A stretch of DNA of 64,000 bases. It comes from a virus. Position 1 is the stretch's first letter. Every line of letters begins with the position of its first letter. A model generated the notes under the pieces. That model was not told where the DNA came from and ran no database searches. It was given only the letters and a program-made list of their open reading frames with translations. The DNA is taken from the IMG/VR virus record IMGVR_UViG_3300007735_000802, one strand, 5' to 3'. The translations under genes were made by a program, and so were the position numbers. Below are positions 7,560 through 16,989 of this stretch, in pieces.

Positions 7560-8012
7560 TCAATGCGAAGTGCGGTGTTCTGCATTGCAGCAGTCTGCTT
7601 CGATGCGCTTGTCGCAAGTGCGACAAACCGTAGCAGACTCTCCCTTGTTTGCTGATGCGATATCGCACGGGAGTTCAGCGTAGAAGAACTCATTGCCATT
7701 CTCAATCGCGTCACCGCAATCGTCGCACCAGTATTGTGTGGTCTTCACATCTTCCCAACCAACGAAAGAGAGTCCATCCCATCCCATCGACAGCGCAATA
7801 TCCTGCGGAGTCTGTTCGGGATGATCGACATACCCTTCGCGGTGATCAACAGCGACGAACTCGCAGTAGAGCATACGAGCATCATCACGCTCTGCGATCA
7901 GGTTCTCAATCAGATTGGCAGACTCAACGAGATTCTGAATCTGTTCGGGTTCAAAGTCTGCGTTGTTCGCTGCTGCAAAATCACGAAGGAAGTTTGCGAG
8001 ATTGTGGTTCAT
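7560..8012 (-). CDS. ERDxAR-family protein with C-terminal zinc finger
   Basis: AERDDARMLYC...MGWDGL; CDDC...CRTC. Confidence 0.7.
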   Translation of the reverse strand: MNHNLANFLRDFAAANNADFEPEQIQNLVESANLIENLIAERDDARMLYCEFVAVDHREGYVDHPEQTPQDIALSMGWDGLSFVGWEDVKTTQYWCDDCGDAIENGNEFFYAELPCDIASANKGESATVCRTCDKRIEADCCNAEHRTSH

Positions 8013-8200
8013 GCGTTCTCCTTGTTGTCCATTGCGCGAAGACGGCGAACGACCTCGGCAAGAGCGAGATAGTCGTATCGGTCAATCTCATATCCACCGA
8101 ATCCCTCTTCGTTGGAGATGTTCTCAATCCAGTTTGCGAGTTCGTCGTTGCACATATTGTGCGCGTCGATGCGAGTCAAATCGTATTCGTTCTTGGTCAT
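8009..8200 (-). CDS. hypothetical protein
   Basis: Coupled ORF. Confidence 0.6.
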   Translation of the reverse strand: MTKNEYDLTRIDAHNMCNDELANWIENISNEEGFGGYEIDRYDYLALAEVVRRLRAMDNKENA

Positions 8201-8439
8201 GCGTAACTCACTTTCGAGAAAGATTGCTTGATGGTTCGTCGTTCGATGAATGCTTCGCCATCAGCTCGAGCATTCCGTTCCTTCGTGATCTTCTTTCCGA
8301 TTCCGAATGGTTTGCAGATGGTGCGATTGTGCTTCACTACTGCCGCACCTTCGCGCTCTGCTTCCATGTCGAAACGATCAATCACTCGCTTGGGCATTGG
8401 TTCCTCCGATACCACAAGTCTTTGCTGCACAGAGTTCAC
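8197..8439 (-). CDS. hypothetical basic protein
   Basis: Coupled ORF. Confidence 0.5.
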   Translation of the reverse strand: MNSVQQRLVVSEEPMPKRVIDRFDMEAEREGAAVVKHNRTICKPFGIGKKITKERNARADGEAFIERRTIKQSFSKVSYA

Positions 8440-8698
8440 GGAGATTCAGAATCTCAATCGACTGCGCGACAATGACTCGGTGAGTCTCTGCGAGCTTTTG
8501 CGAAAGTTTGATGTTCTGAACACAAACATTGTCGTAGTTCTTCTTGACTTCACGGAGAGTTTCATCCGATTCACGGAGCTCATCACTCACCGAGTCGAGT
8601 GCTGCGAGTGCTGATGCAACATCATCAAATCCCTGCATATGGAGAAGATCCATGTCGTACTTGCGCTGATTGTTCTTTTCGTTCTTAGGCATTGTCAT
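8378..8698 (-). CDS. coiled-coil hypothetical protein
   Basis: Start MTMPKNEK after AGGAG. Confidence 0.55.
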   Translation of the reverse strand: MTMPKNEKNNQRKYDMDLLHMQGFDDVASALAALDSVSDELRESDETLREVKKNYDNVCVQNIKLSQKLAETHRVIVAQSIEILNLRELCAAKTCGIGGTNAQASD

Positions 8699-8942
8699 TC
8701 TCCTTCGGAAAGCAGTCCCATCCCATTTCGTTGGCAATCTCTTCAACAGACATTCGACCATTTCGCGCGAGGTGATACTCATTGCACAGAGTGCGCCTCG
8801 CCTCGTCGCGCTCTTCACGCAGTTGCTTGAGCATCTTTACTGCGTGATACTCGTAGGAACTCTGTTCGGGATTCGTGTATCCCATGACCTTGACCGCCAT
8901 TTCAAAGTAGCGAATGAGTCCGTCGATTGAGTAGTCGCTCAT
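8685..8942 (-). CDS. ERDxAR-family protein
   Basis: EERDEARRTLC...MGWDCF. Confidence 0.7.
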   Translation of the reverse strand: MSDYSIDGLIRYFEMAVKVMGYTNPEQSSYEYHAVKMLKQLREERDEARRTLCNEYHLARNGRMSVEEIANEMGWDCFPKENDNA

Positions 8943-8943
8943 A

Positions 8944-9417
8944 TCAGACCGCCTTTCGGGGGTAAGTGTTGTAGTAGTACGGAATCACGCGATAGAACTG
9001 CTGCGTCATGCCGCTGAAGTGACAAGTCCATTCATCCCATGGATTGTCACAATACATACTGCTATTGAGTGGATTCGCAATCACATCCTGCGGAGTCCAT
9101 CCCTGCGCCTTCGTCTTCTTCCAATCTGCGCGCGCAGTTTCAAGATCGGGGAAATGAGAACCCTTCGACCTGTACCAAATGCCCTCATTACCCAAGACCC
9201 AATCGTAGAAACGAATCTCATTGGGAACCCACGGATTCGGAGTGTAGACACGCGCGAACTGCATTCCGTACTCGTTCACGGGAGAAACGAGCGCGTAGGT
9301 ACGCGGAATGTCAAAGTCGTGGAAAGTGTGCATTGCGTGAGGATAATCTCCCGCAACAAACGGAGTATGGACAAACGCAGGACGGGTAGAACCGATCTTG
9401 ACCTTCATCGTCTTCAT
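8944..9417 (-). CDS. hypothetical early protein, leaderless
   Basis: ATG 9417 lies 6 nt after TATAAT. Confidence 0.7.
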   Translation of the reverse strand: MKTMKVKIGSTRPAFVHTPFVAGDYPHAMHTFHDFDIPRTYALVSPVNEYGMQFARVYTPNPWVPNEIRFYDWVLGNEGIWYRSKGSHFPDLETARADWKKTKAQGWTPQDVIANPLNSSMYCDNPWDEWTCHFSGMTQQFYRVIPYYYNTYPRKAV

Positions 9418-9423
9418 GGGTGT

Positions 9424-9452
9424 ATTATACCACAAATGGGTGCGAGTGTCAA
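9424..9452 (-). promoter_or_regulatory. sigma70-type promoter, leaderless
   Basis: TTGACA-17-TATAAT with extended TG. Confidence 0.85.
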
Positions 9453-9456
9453 GCGA

Positions 9457-10173
9457 TTAGTGCTTGTGGTAAGTCACGGTTGCGACATTGCGATCCCAAC
9501 ACGCGCGACAATCGCGGCATTCGTTCGACTGAGAAGGTGCGAGACACGCGAACGAACCACGCGAACGCGCATTCTCCATTGCGGAGTCATTCGATGCGAC
9601 TTCCGACGAATGCTCGAAGTCATTCGGTGCAGACGAGTCGAGCATTGCCGCAGAAACGCGAACGGTGAGATTCGCGGGAAACTCACCGAACATCTCGCGG
9701 TACTTGCGAACAATCGCATACTCGCGCGTAGGAAGCCAGTGCTTCACATTTGGAGTCATTTCGCAGACTTGCACGATGTTGATGAGATGAGAGAGCGACT
9801 GCAAATCGCCCGAATCGTGCCAACGGAAATACGAAACCTTCTTGCACTTCTTTCCGATGACATACGCCATCGCTGCGACCCAACGCGAATCGAAGAGCGC
9901 GTTGTACCTACGCTCCATTGCCTTCTTTGTATTGGGGTAGTTGTAACTACCCTTGCAAGCGTAGCACTTCTCGCAAGTCGAACCCTTCACCTTTCGCAGC
10001 TTGGAACCGACATTGCAACGCTTCGCGGAGATGCTGGTACTCCAGCCTGGCATCTTGGAAGGCTTCGAAAGACCACCGACGATATCTTCGGCTTCGGAAT
10101 GATCGAAACTCGTTTCGGGATTGTGAATCGGAATAGCGCGAGTAGGAGCCTGGACGAGACTGTAAGTAACCAT
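9457..10173 (-). CDS. Gp88-like Cys-rich (probable Fe-S) phage protein
   Basis: GGLSKPSKMPG, C...CEKCYA, YFRWHDSGD, HWLPTRE, CRDCRACW. Confidence 0.8.
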   Translation of the reverse strand: MVTYSLVQAPTRAIPIHNPETSFDHSEAEDIVGGLSKPSKMPGWSTSISAKRCNVGSKLRKVKGSTCEKCYACKGSYNYPNTKKAMERRYNALFDSRWVAAMAYVIGKKCKKVSYFRWHDSGDLQSLSHLINIVQVCEMTPNVKHWLPTREYAIVRKYREMFGEFPANLTVRVSAAMLDSSAPNDFEHSSEVASNDSAMENARSRGSFACLAPSQSNECRDCRACWDRNVATVTYHKH

Positions 10174-10179
10174 TCCGGT

Positions 10180-10245
10180 AAGCTACCATAAACTTTCCCG
10201 CGTGTCAAGCCCTAACTTCCCGGAATGTGGATAACTTGTGGGTGA
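10180..10245 (-). promoter_or_regulatory. leaderless promoter with upstream DnaA box
   Basis: TTGACA-17-TAGCTT, ATG 6 nt downstream; perfect DnaA box 10226-10234 and degenerate box 10237-10245. Confidence 0.7.
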
Positions 10246-10298
10246 ATCTTATGCAAGGTAGGACTGCATATTCATTCATGCATATTCACACACACCGC

Positions 10299-10335
10299 GT
10301 TGATAGTAGTTGATAGTACACAAATGTTGATAGTA
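10299..10335 (+). repeat. 3x GTTGATAGTA cluster at a GC/AT boundary
   Basis: Copies at 10299, 10309 and 10326; TGCATATTCA x2 just upstream. Confidence 0.85.
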
Positions 10336-10347
10336 CACCCCCTATCT

Positions 10348-10875
10348 TTATTTTTCTCCAATAGAATCATGTATATAATAATTTGGGAATCTAGCCTTTA
10401 GCTCTCTCATAATAGCATCAAGAGAACTATTTGAAAAATAGTTTCGATGATTTGTGTTCATGCTTATCACTCTTCGATCATGATCTATTCTTCCGTATAC
10501 ATGAGGATGTGATTTATATGCTCCATTATCCGTGGTATAATATGCGTCAGGAAATAAATCAGCGTGTGTTTGTTCCATGTTTTGTATTGGTCTTATCGCT
10601 ACCAAATTTTCATTATTTTTTATTTCTTTTTTGATTGATGGACCAGCAGCCCACAGATGTGGTAATTTACCTTGATCAGATACTCCCCACACATCTCTTT
10701 TTATTTTGGCAAGTTCTGCCATTTTATTATCGTCGATTGGACCTAAATAACTCTCATCATCGTGACCAACATTAAGATATGTAGAGTTTACTTGTGGAAT
10801 TCTACTTTCTCTTCTTCTTCGTTGCTCTTCGCGAAATCGTTCTACTGATTCAAGTAGTTGTTTAAATTTGATCAT
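10348..10875 (-). CDS. putative internal head protein
   Basis: MIKFKQLLESVE leader; TATAGATA late-type promoter 5 nt upstream. Confidence 0.65.
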   Translation of the reverse strand: MIKFKQLLESVERFREEQRRRRESRIPQVNSTYLNVGHDDESYLGPIDDNKMAELAKIKRDVWGVSDQGKLPHLWAAGPSIKKEIKNNENLVAIRPIQNMEQTHADLFPDAYYTTDNGAYKSHPHVYGRIDHDRRVISMNTNHRNYFSNSSLDAIMRELKARFPNYYIHDSIGEK

Positions 10876-10892
10876 AATAGTATCTATAAATG

Positions 10893-10916
10893 AAAACCCC
10901 CCTTGCGGGGGGTTTT
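10893..10916. terminator. intrinsic terminator (symmetric)
   Basis: AAAACCCCCC-TTGC-GGGGGGTTTT. Confidence 0.8.
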
Positions 10917-10918
10917 GT

Positions 10919-12343
10919 TTAGGTAGCGACATACGGTGCTAGTGCAGGAGAATCTGGTGGTTCTTCTCCGGTTTCATTGTAATATAACCCACCACCAACA
11001 CCAAGTCCAAATCCAATTCCTTGATTTTCTATATTTGGCGCGATGTGTGCTGGTGCATTTGGATCACGATAGTGATCGAATGCTCTTCTGGAGACTAATC
11101 CGTTACCTCTCCAATCAAATGATCTAGAATCTCCAAGTTTTCTATAAACAAATTGACCAGTTGCTTCATCATATGCCCAGAAATGCCAGAATCCATTCGT
11201 GTCTTGATAATAAATTCCATCTTCTCGAACTTGTAACCAAGTATCTTGAGTTTGTTTCAATAAATCGGAAGTACCAACTAACGGTTTTGGAAGATCTGGT
11301 CTTGGTCTTGGTATGCTTAATTTATTAATTTTCATCCATCTATACAATAACTCTTTTGCTTGATCCTCTGTTAAATCCTCCCATACCAGTCTTCTTCCAA
11401 AAATAGATCCAATTCCACCCGGACCTCTTCCGGGTGGCCTGACTGGAGTATTACCACCACCATGTGGTGGTGCAGCTTCTAATATCGTTACTTCTTTCAA
11501 TTGTTCAAATAATCTATGTTTATAGTAATTTTTGATATTTTCATTTATGTTTTGCATATAGCTACTTTCGAATAATCTGTTTGGATCTGGAGGTCTAAGT
11601 CTTGTTGGATCTAAGCTAGGAGGAGTAAATACGGGGGGCATGTTTGGATTTTCAACTTGTCCAGGCCTATTTCTCACATGTAATGGACTTCTTTCCCATT
11701 GACCACTGTTTGGATTCCATTGATACCAATCATGTGGTTGTCCTCTTTCAAATGCTGGATTTGGTCTGTATTGCCATTCATTTGGGTTATATCCTTCTTC
11801 GCTTGGGTCATTTGGATTCCACCATCCGGGAGGTGGACCTTGAATTGGCGGTCCACCTCCCGGTGGGAAATAACCGGGATGTGTGTACCAAAGAGGTGGT
11901 GGATCATTGGGATTCGCATACCATGGATCAAGAGTAATTGGTCCGGCCGGACCTTCTGGTGCGGTATCTGTGCCACCAAAAACATCGACTTCATCTGGTA
12001 TTACCCAATATGGAAGTTGCCCTGGTGTTATTAAAATTGGGGGATATGGAGCTTTAGGATCTGGTGAAATATGATCAGGATGGTCCGCAGGAAGTCTATA
12101 TCTTCTTAACAAATCTCTAAGTTGTCTTCTCACTTCATCCTTCTGCTTATCTAAACGAGGAGGATTCATCCATCTATCATTCCCATATATGCTAGGATCG
12201 AAAGGGGGTTTTGGAGGAGCAGTACCGGAACTTGATGGTGGTGCATATCCAGGAACATTTGGATTTTGCGTTGGTGGAATTACAGGATCTGATTGCACAG
12301 TATCTTCTGTTATAGATTTGATGAATTTATTAAAACTTTTCAT
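10919..12343 (-). CDS. Pro-rich putative internal head (poly)protein
   Basis: MKSFNKFIKSITE leader; internal RLFES/RLFEQ/ILEA sites; TATACATA upstream. Confidence 0.65.
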   Translation of the reverse strand: MKSFNKFIKSITEDTVQSDPVIPPTQNPNVPGYAPPSSSGTAPPKPPFDPSIYGNDRWMNPPRLDKQKDEVRRQLRDLLRRYRLPADHPDHISPDPKAPYPPILITPGQLPYWVIPDEVDVFGGTDTAPEGPAGPITLDPWYANPNDPPPLWYTHPGYFPPGGGPPIQGPPPGWWNPNDPSEEGYNPNEWQYRPNPAFERGQPHDWYQWNPNSGQWERSPLHVRNRPGQVENPNMPPVFTPPSLDPTRLRPPDPNRLFESSYMQNINENIKNYYKHRLFEQLKEVTILEAAPPHGGGNTPVRPPGRGPGGIGSIFGRRLVWEDLTEDQAKELLYRWMKINKLSIPRPRPDLPKPLVGTSDLLKQTQDTWLQVREDGIYYQDTNGFWHFWAYDEATGQFVYRKLGDSRSFDWRGNGLVSRRAFDHYRDPNAPAHIAPNIENQGIGFGLGVGGGLYYNETGEEPPDSPALAPYVAT

Positions 12344-12370
12344 ACTATAATATGTATATATACAATTATC

Positions 12371-12967
12371 ATGAAAAAATTCAAACAACTATTAGAGTTT
12401 ATAGACAAAAACCGAGGAAGAAGAGATCGTGGAGATCCCGGAAGAGAAATTCGCGAATTTATGATGAAAATTCCATTCTCTGTAAAATTGTATTCTGATC
12501 GATCAAAAGAAACCCCACATGATCTACATTTTAAGGATATGTATGATGCTTCAAAATTAGTATCTTTTAACTTAGCAAAACACGAAGATGCTTTTAAAGA
12601 TAGCTATAACACAAAAAACAACAAAATGGTTGATTATTTCATGAACTCTACACAAACACATGAGAGTTTACTTGACAGAATGATGGTAGATTTAATGTTG
12701 CATCCAAAACTACCATCGCGATTAAAAAAGCATGTACCAGCAGTAATAGATGAAATTCAAAAAGAGGGTGAACAGGGACTAAGAACAACTAAATTACTTG
12801 GTGGAGATAACACTCAATATACAATAGAAATGCACAAATCAACAGATCCTTCATCAGATATTCATTCTCATCTTGAAGATGAATCACATCATTTACAGGG
12901 TGTGATTCGAAGAGTAAAAGAAGACCCGGATCGTGGATATTTTGTAAGACATGAAGAAATAGAATAA
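12371..12967 (+). CDS. putative internal head protein
   Basis: MKKFKQLLEF leader; TATATATA upstream. Confidence 0.65.
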   Translation: MKKFKQLLEFIDKNRGRRDRGDPGREIREFMMKIPFSVKLYSDRSKETPHDLHFKDMYDASKLVSFNLAKHEDAFKDSYNTKNNKMVDYFMNSTQTHESLLDRMMVDLMLHPKLPSRLKKHVPAVIDEIQKEGEQGLRTTKLLGGDNTQYTIEMHKSTDPSSDIHSHLEDESHHLQGVIRRVKEDPDRGYFVRHEEIE

Positions 12968-12970
12968 AAC

Positions 12971-12995
12971 AAAACCCCCCTTTCGGGGGGTTTTT
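12971..12995. terminator. bidirectional terminator between convergent genes
   Basis: AAAACCCCCC-TTTC-GGGGGGTTTTT. Confidence 0.85.
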
Positions 12996-13021
12996 GCGTT
13001 TGACTGGGTTGTCTGTTTAGG

Positions 13022-13231
13022 TCACGGGACGAAGACGATTCCACCCGTGCGACCACGCTTGAACTGAACACGCGAACCGTAGAAATCTACAATCATCTTC
13101 TTGACAATTGGGGACTTCATCTTGAACTCCTTGGCAAGATGCTTGACGGTGATTCGCTCGCCATTGGCAACGCGATTGGTGAGAGTAGCGGGATCAAAAC
13201 CATTCTGAGTCGTGAGAGTAGTTGCGGTCAT
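13022..13231 (-). CDS. small winged-helix DNA-binding protein
   Basis: ITVKHLAKEF helix and KRGRTGGI wing; AAGGA RBS. Confidence 0.6.
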   Translation of the reverse strand: MTATTLTTQNGFDPATLTNRVANGERITVKHLAKEFKMKSPIVKKMIVDFYGSRVQFKRGRTGGIVFVP

Positions 13232-13332
13232 ATGTAAATCCTTATGTTTGTTGGTAAAAAGTTGTTAGGGGTTTGTTGTTAAGAACGATTGTTTTTGTGC
13301 GTATGTCGTAACGAAAGTCGAGTGGAATCAGA

Positions 13333-14505
13333 TCAAAAAGGAACATCAGGATCGGATGCAGCAACCTCCTTGTTGTCATTGGTGCTCATCTGTTCCACAG
13401 TCGTCTCCGCATCAATCTTGTTGTAGAGACTGACGAACGCGGTCTGCGTATCCTTGTCGAAGCGCGTGAGAGCGAGAGTGATTGCCTTTCGCTTGTTGCC
13501 GAACATCGCATACGCCTTGCAGATGTTGATGGCACGACGAGTCGAGATGATCTCGTCAACACCACCTTCCGCAAAGGTCTTGCGAATGATCTCAGTCCAC
13601 TTGACGAGACAATCAGCGAAATTCTCGTCAATCTTGCCGAACTTCTTCATCGCCTTGAGAAGAATCTTCTTCTCAGTCGCGCGAGGAGCGTAGTCCTGCT
13701 CGAAAGTGTAGTCGTAGCGGTCAAGTGCCGCCTCGTTCATCACGCGAGTGCCGACGAAGCGACCATCATCCGAACCCTTGCCCTTGGTATTTGCAGTCGC
13801 AGCAACATTGAATCCATTGGCAGGAGAAACGAACTGACCAATCTTCTTGAGGAAGACACCCTTACCCTCAAGAACAGGTTGCAGGCACATGCACTTCTCC
13901 GTGCCAAGATCGATCTCGTCAAGAAGAAGAATCGCACCACGCTTCATTGCGAGAATGACCGGACCATCCTGCCATTCCATGTTGCCGTTGACGAGTCGCC
14001 ACGAACCGAGAAGTTCATCCTCATCTGTATCAGCAGTGATGTTGACACGGAAGCATTCGCGCTTCAACTTGGCACAGATCTGTTCGATCATCGTAGTCTT
14101 GCCGTTACCCGACAGACCAGTGACAAAGATCGGAGCAAAGATGTTGCTCTTGATGATCGTTGTGATATCCTCACAGTGGCCCCAAGGAACATACTCAGGG
14201 TTGACATCAGGAATGATCGAAGTACGCTCGCCCTGCGTCGATGCAGCGAGTGCGTAACACACGGAATTGGAAACGACGGGAGTTGTCATAGTCATGGTTG
14301 GATTTGACTTTGCGAGTTTAGTGTCGATGTAGAAATACCCACGACCCGCGCTGCGAGTCTTGTCTTGGACAAACCACGCAGGAGGGTACTTGAGTCCGAT
14401 GCTGTTCGCCGCTTCGACACATTGAGCGCGAGAAACAGTGTTCGATCCGTTTGCGATAGACTTGATTGCGTTGATGAATGCTGACTTGTTTGCGATCTTA
14501 GGCAT
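13333..14505 (-). CDS. MoxR/CobS-like AAA+ ATPase
   Basis: Walker A GLSGNGKT, Walker B LLLDEID, ATANTKGKG, NEAALDRY, ISTRR. Confidence 0.9.
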   Translation of the reverse strand: MPKIANKSAFINAIKSIANGSNTVSRAQCVEAANSIGLKYPPAWFVQDKTRSAGRGYFYIDTKLAKSNPTMTMTTPVVSNSVCYALAASTQGERTSIIPDVNPEYVPWGHCEDITTIIKSNIFAPIFVTGLSGNGKTTMIEQICAKLKRECFRVNITADTDEDELLGSWRLVNGNMEWQDGPVILAMKRGAILLLDEIDLGTEKCMCLQPVLEGKGVFLKKIGQFVSPANGFNVAATANTKGKGSDDGRFVGTRVMNEAALDRYDYTFEQDYAPRATEKKILLKAMKKFGKIDENFADCLVKWTEIIRKTFAEGGVDEIISTRRAINICKAYAMFGNKRKAITLALTRFDKDTQTAFVSLYNKIDAETTVEQMSTNDNKEVAASDPDVPF

Positions 14506-14512
14506 AGTGCGT

Positions 14513-14650
14513 ATATTATACCAAAATATAAGTTCCTGTCAATACCTTTTGTGTCATTTTTTGAACTTATCGGACGGGTTGATAGTATTATTATCGGACT
14601 CAAAATATGGGATGTTTCGTATTGACTCAAAGAATAAATTATGGTATAAT
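14513..14650. promoter_or_regulatory. divergent sigma70 promoters flanking TTATCGGAC-GTTGATAGTA-TTATCGGAC
   Basis: Minus: TTGACA 14542-14537, TATAAT 14520-14515. Plus: TTGACT 14622, TATAAT 14645. Motif 14578-14587. Confidence 0.8.
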
Positions 14651-14656
14651 AACGGT

Positions 14657-16966
14657 ATGTCTACCTCTAAGCAAAACAGCAAGTCGATTCTCGCTCGCGC
14701 ACTCGCCACAGAAAATATTCGTGTTGAACACAGTCCCAATACTTCGACTGCAATGTTCGATGTCGCAAATCGCGTTCTTGTTCTTCCCGTGTGGAAAGAT
14801 ATGAGTGACGAAGTGTACGACATGTTCGTCGGTCACGAAGTTGGTCACGCTCTATTCACTCCTGATATCGACAAGATGTTGAACAAGGTCACTAGTGGTC
14901 CTTGGTGTTCGGAAGCAGAGCGGATCGGTGGAACTGCACATGCTTCGTATGTGCAGGGACTGATGAACATCGTCGAGGATGTTCGCATTGAGAAGATGAT
15001 CAAGGATAAGTATCCGGGTCTTCGTCGCGACTTCTATGTCGGTTACAATGATCTCGAAAAGCGAGACTTCTTTGGTACGAAGGGAAAGAATCTCAATGAG
15101 TTTTCTTTCGCTGATCGTATCAATCTTCATTTCAAGTGTGGTGTATCTCTTGATGTTCCTTTCACCGATGAAGAGATGAAGTATGTCAATCTCATTGACT
15201 CTTGCAAGACCTTTGATGATGTCGTTCGTGCATCGGAAGAGGTCTATCGCTATCTTCGTGGTCAGAAGGAAGACAACAAGAATTCGGTGCAGACGAATGC
15301 AAATCCTGCTGCCATGAATTCTTCGACTGGAGAAAATGGAAATGGTTCTTCTTCTCAGATGGTTACTGAAACTGTCTCGAACGAGAAGAGCGAAGATCCC
15401 AATGGCACTCCGATGCAATCGAATGGTGACAAGAAGCAGGAGAACAACTCCTCTTCGAAGTCGAACAATGGTGCAGGAACTGGTCTTGCTTCTGAACTTG
15501 ACATTCAGACTCAGAAGAAGTTCAACGAGAATCAGAAGAGCATGGTTGACACCAATGTCTCTAGTGTGAACTATTGTTCGTTCCGTCTTACGGATCATTC
15601 TCGCGTGATTCTCCCGTACAAGAAGGTCATTTCCACTCTTGAGAACTACTACAACCCTGCACGAGCCAACAACAGGCAATACTCTGAGGTCTTCTCTGCA
15701 ATTGATGAGAAGTTTGCAAAGTTCACGCAGACGATGAAGCCTCTCATCAATACTCTCATCAAGCAGTTTGAGATGCGTAAGGCAGCGGATGTTCAGAAGC
15801 GTACTTCTGTTTCTCGCAGTGGCAAGATCGACGCAGACAAGATCTACAAGTATCGCGTGAGCGATGATATCTTCCTTCGCTTCTCGCGAGTTGCCGATGG
15901 AAAGAATCACGGTCTTGTGATGTTCATCGACTGGTCTTCTTCGATGCAACCCGCAACCGAAGATGTTCTTGTTCAGGTTCTGATTCTGTCGAACTTCTGT
16001 CGTCGCATGTCGATTCCGTTTGATGTCTACATGTTTACGAGTCAGTACACCGTTCTTCGCGATCATCTTGGTTTTAGTACGAACGAAGACATGTGGAATG
16101 CTGATCTTAGGCAGTGGGTTGGAACGACTGACAATCATCACCACAGCAAGTGGAACGGAATGATGAAGACTCACAACGATCACCGCGAAACATTTGCTCT
16201 GATTCAGATTCTTTCTTCCAACATGTCAATGAAGGAATTTGCAAGTGCTTCCAAGAATCTGTATACGATTGGTCAGATGATCACTCGTCCGGATGATGTC
16301 TTCAAGCAGAAGTATGTTCCGGGTCTTGTTCCTGATGGTTATCGTCAGGGAAATACTCCACTTGATTCCACGATTGTCGCAGCAATGACGATTGTTCCTG
16401 AGTTTCGTGAGAAGCACAAGTTGCAAGTCGTGAATACGATCTTCCTCACGGATGGTGATACTGGCGGAAGTCCGCTTTATCATGCAAACATGAACAGTTA
16501 CAACGCGAAGACTTATATTCGTTGTCCAATCACGAAGAAGGAGTTCTGCTTCAAGGATTCGGATACTACGAATGCTCTTCTTGAAATCTTCAAGCACAAT
16601 ACTCAGAGCACGACGATTGGATTCTTCGTGTGCTGTGGATCGTACTGCAAGTATTTCGAGGATTCAAAGCGAGATCGCAAGATTCTTCGTGACAATGGTT
16701 TCTACGAAGCACCGAAGGAGCGAAGCATTCTCGACTACACTGGAAATGTGAAGGCGAAGATCGTGAATCACGGATACGACAAGTTGTTTGTTCTTCCGTC
16801 TGAAATTGAGATTGATGACGAGTTTTCTGATCTCAACAATGTCGATACATCTGCAAGTCTCATCAAGATTCGCAATGCGTTCATGAACTCGCTCGACAAG
16901 CGCAGTGCGAGTCGTCTCTTCTTGAATCGGTTCGCAGATGTGATTGCGAATCCAAATACGAAGTAA
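14657..16966 (+). CDS. HExxH peptidase-like plus vWA-domain protein (MoxR partner, CobT-like)
   Basis: HEVGH, NIVEDVRIE, MIDAS DWSSSM...TPL...FLTDG; leaderless ATG 14657. Confidence 0.85.
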   Translation: MSTSKQNSKSILARALATENIRVEHSPNTSTAMFDVANRVLVLPVWKDMSDEVYDMFVGHEVGHALFTPDIDKMLNKVTSGPWCSEAERIGGTAHASYVQGLMNIVEDVRIEKMIKDKYPGLRRDFYVGYNDLEKRDFFGTKGKNLNEFSFADRINLHFKCGVSLDVPFTDEEMKYVNLIDSCKTFDDVVRASEEVYRYLRGQKEDNKNSVQTNANPAAMNSSTGENGNGSSSQMVTETVSNEKSEDPNGTPMQSNGDKKQENNSSSKSNNGAGTGLASELDIQTQKKFNENQKSMVDTNVSSVNYCSFRLTDHSRVILPYKKVISTLENYYNPARANNRQYSEVFSAIDEKFAKFTQTMKPLINTLIKQFEMRKAADVQKRTSVSRSGKIDADKIYKYRVSDDIFLRFSRVADGKNHGLVMFIDWSSSMQPATEDVLVQVLILSNFCRRMSIPFDVYMFTSQYTVLRDHLGFSTNEDMWNADLRQWVGTTDNHHHSKWNGMMKTHNDHRETFALIQILSSNMSMKEFASASKNLYTIGQMITRPDDVFKQKYVPGLVPDGYRQGNTPLDSTIVAAMTIVPEFREKHKLQVVNTIFLTDGDTGGSPLYHANMNSYNAKTYIRCPITKKEFCFKDSDTTNALLEIFKHNTQSTTIGFFVCCGSYCKYFEDSKRDRKILRDNGFYEAPKERSILDYTGNVKAKIVNHGYDKLFVLPSEIEIDDEFSDLNNVDTSASLIKIRNAFMNSLDKRSASRLFLNRFADVIANPNTK

Positions 16967-16989
16967 TCAAAAAATTAATAAATGAAATT

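Noticed and set aside
3795-10191. Long plus-strand ORFs (e.g. 3795-4679, 5777-6406, 9019-10191)
   Set aside because: Antisense shadows of coupled minus-strand genes that have promoters, RBS sites and recognisable motifs.
14852-16183. 443-aa minus-strand ORF
   Set aside because: Antisense shadow of the vWA gene; no motifs or promoter.
13333-16966. Cobalamin biosynthesis (cobS/cobT) auxiliary genes
   Set aside because: No CobN or other cob genes in the window; motifs fit a generic MoxR-vWA pair despite the B12-dependent RNR nearby.
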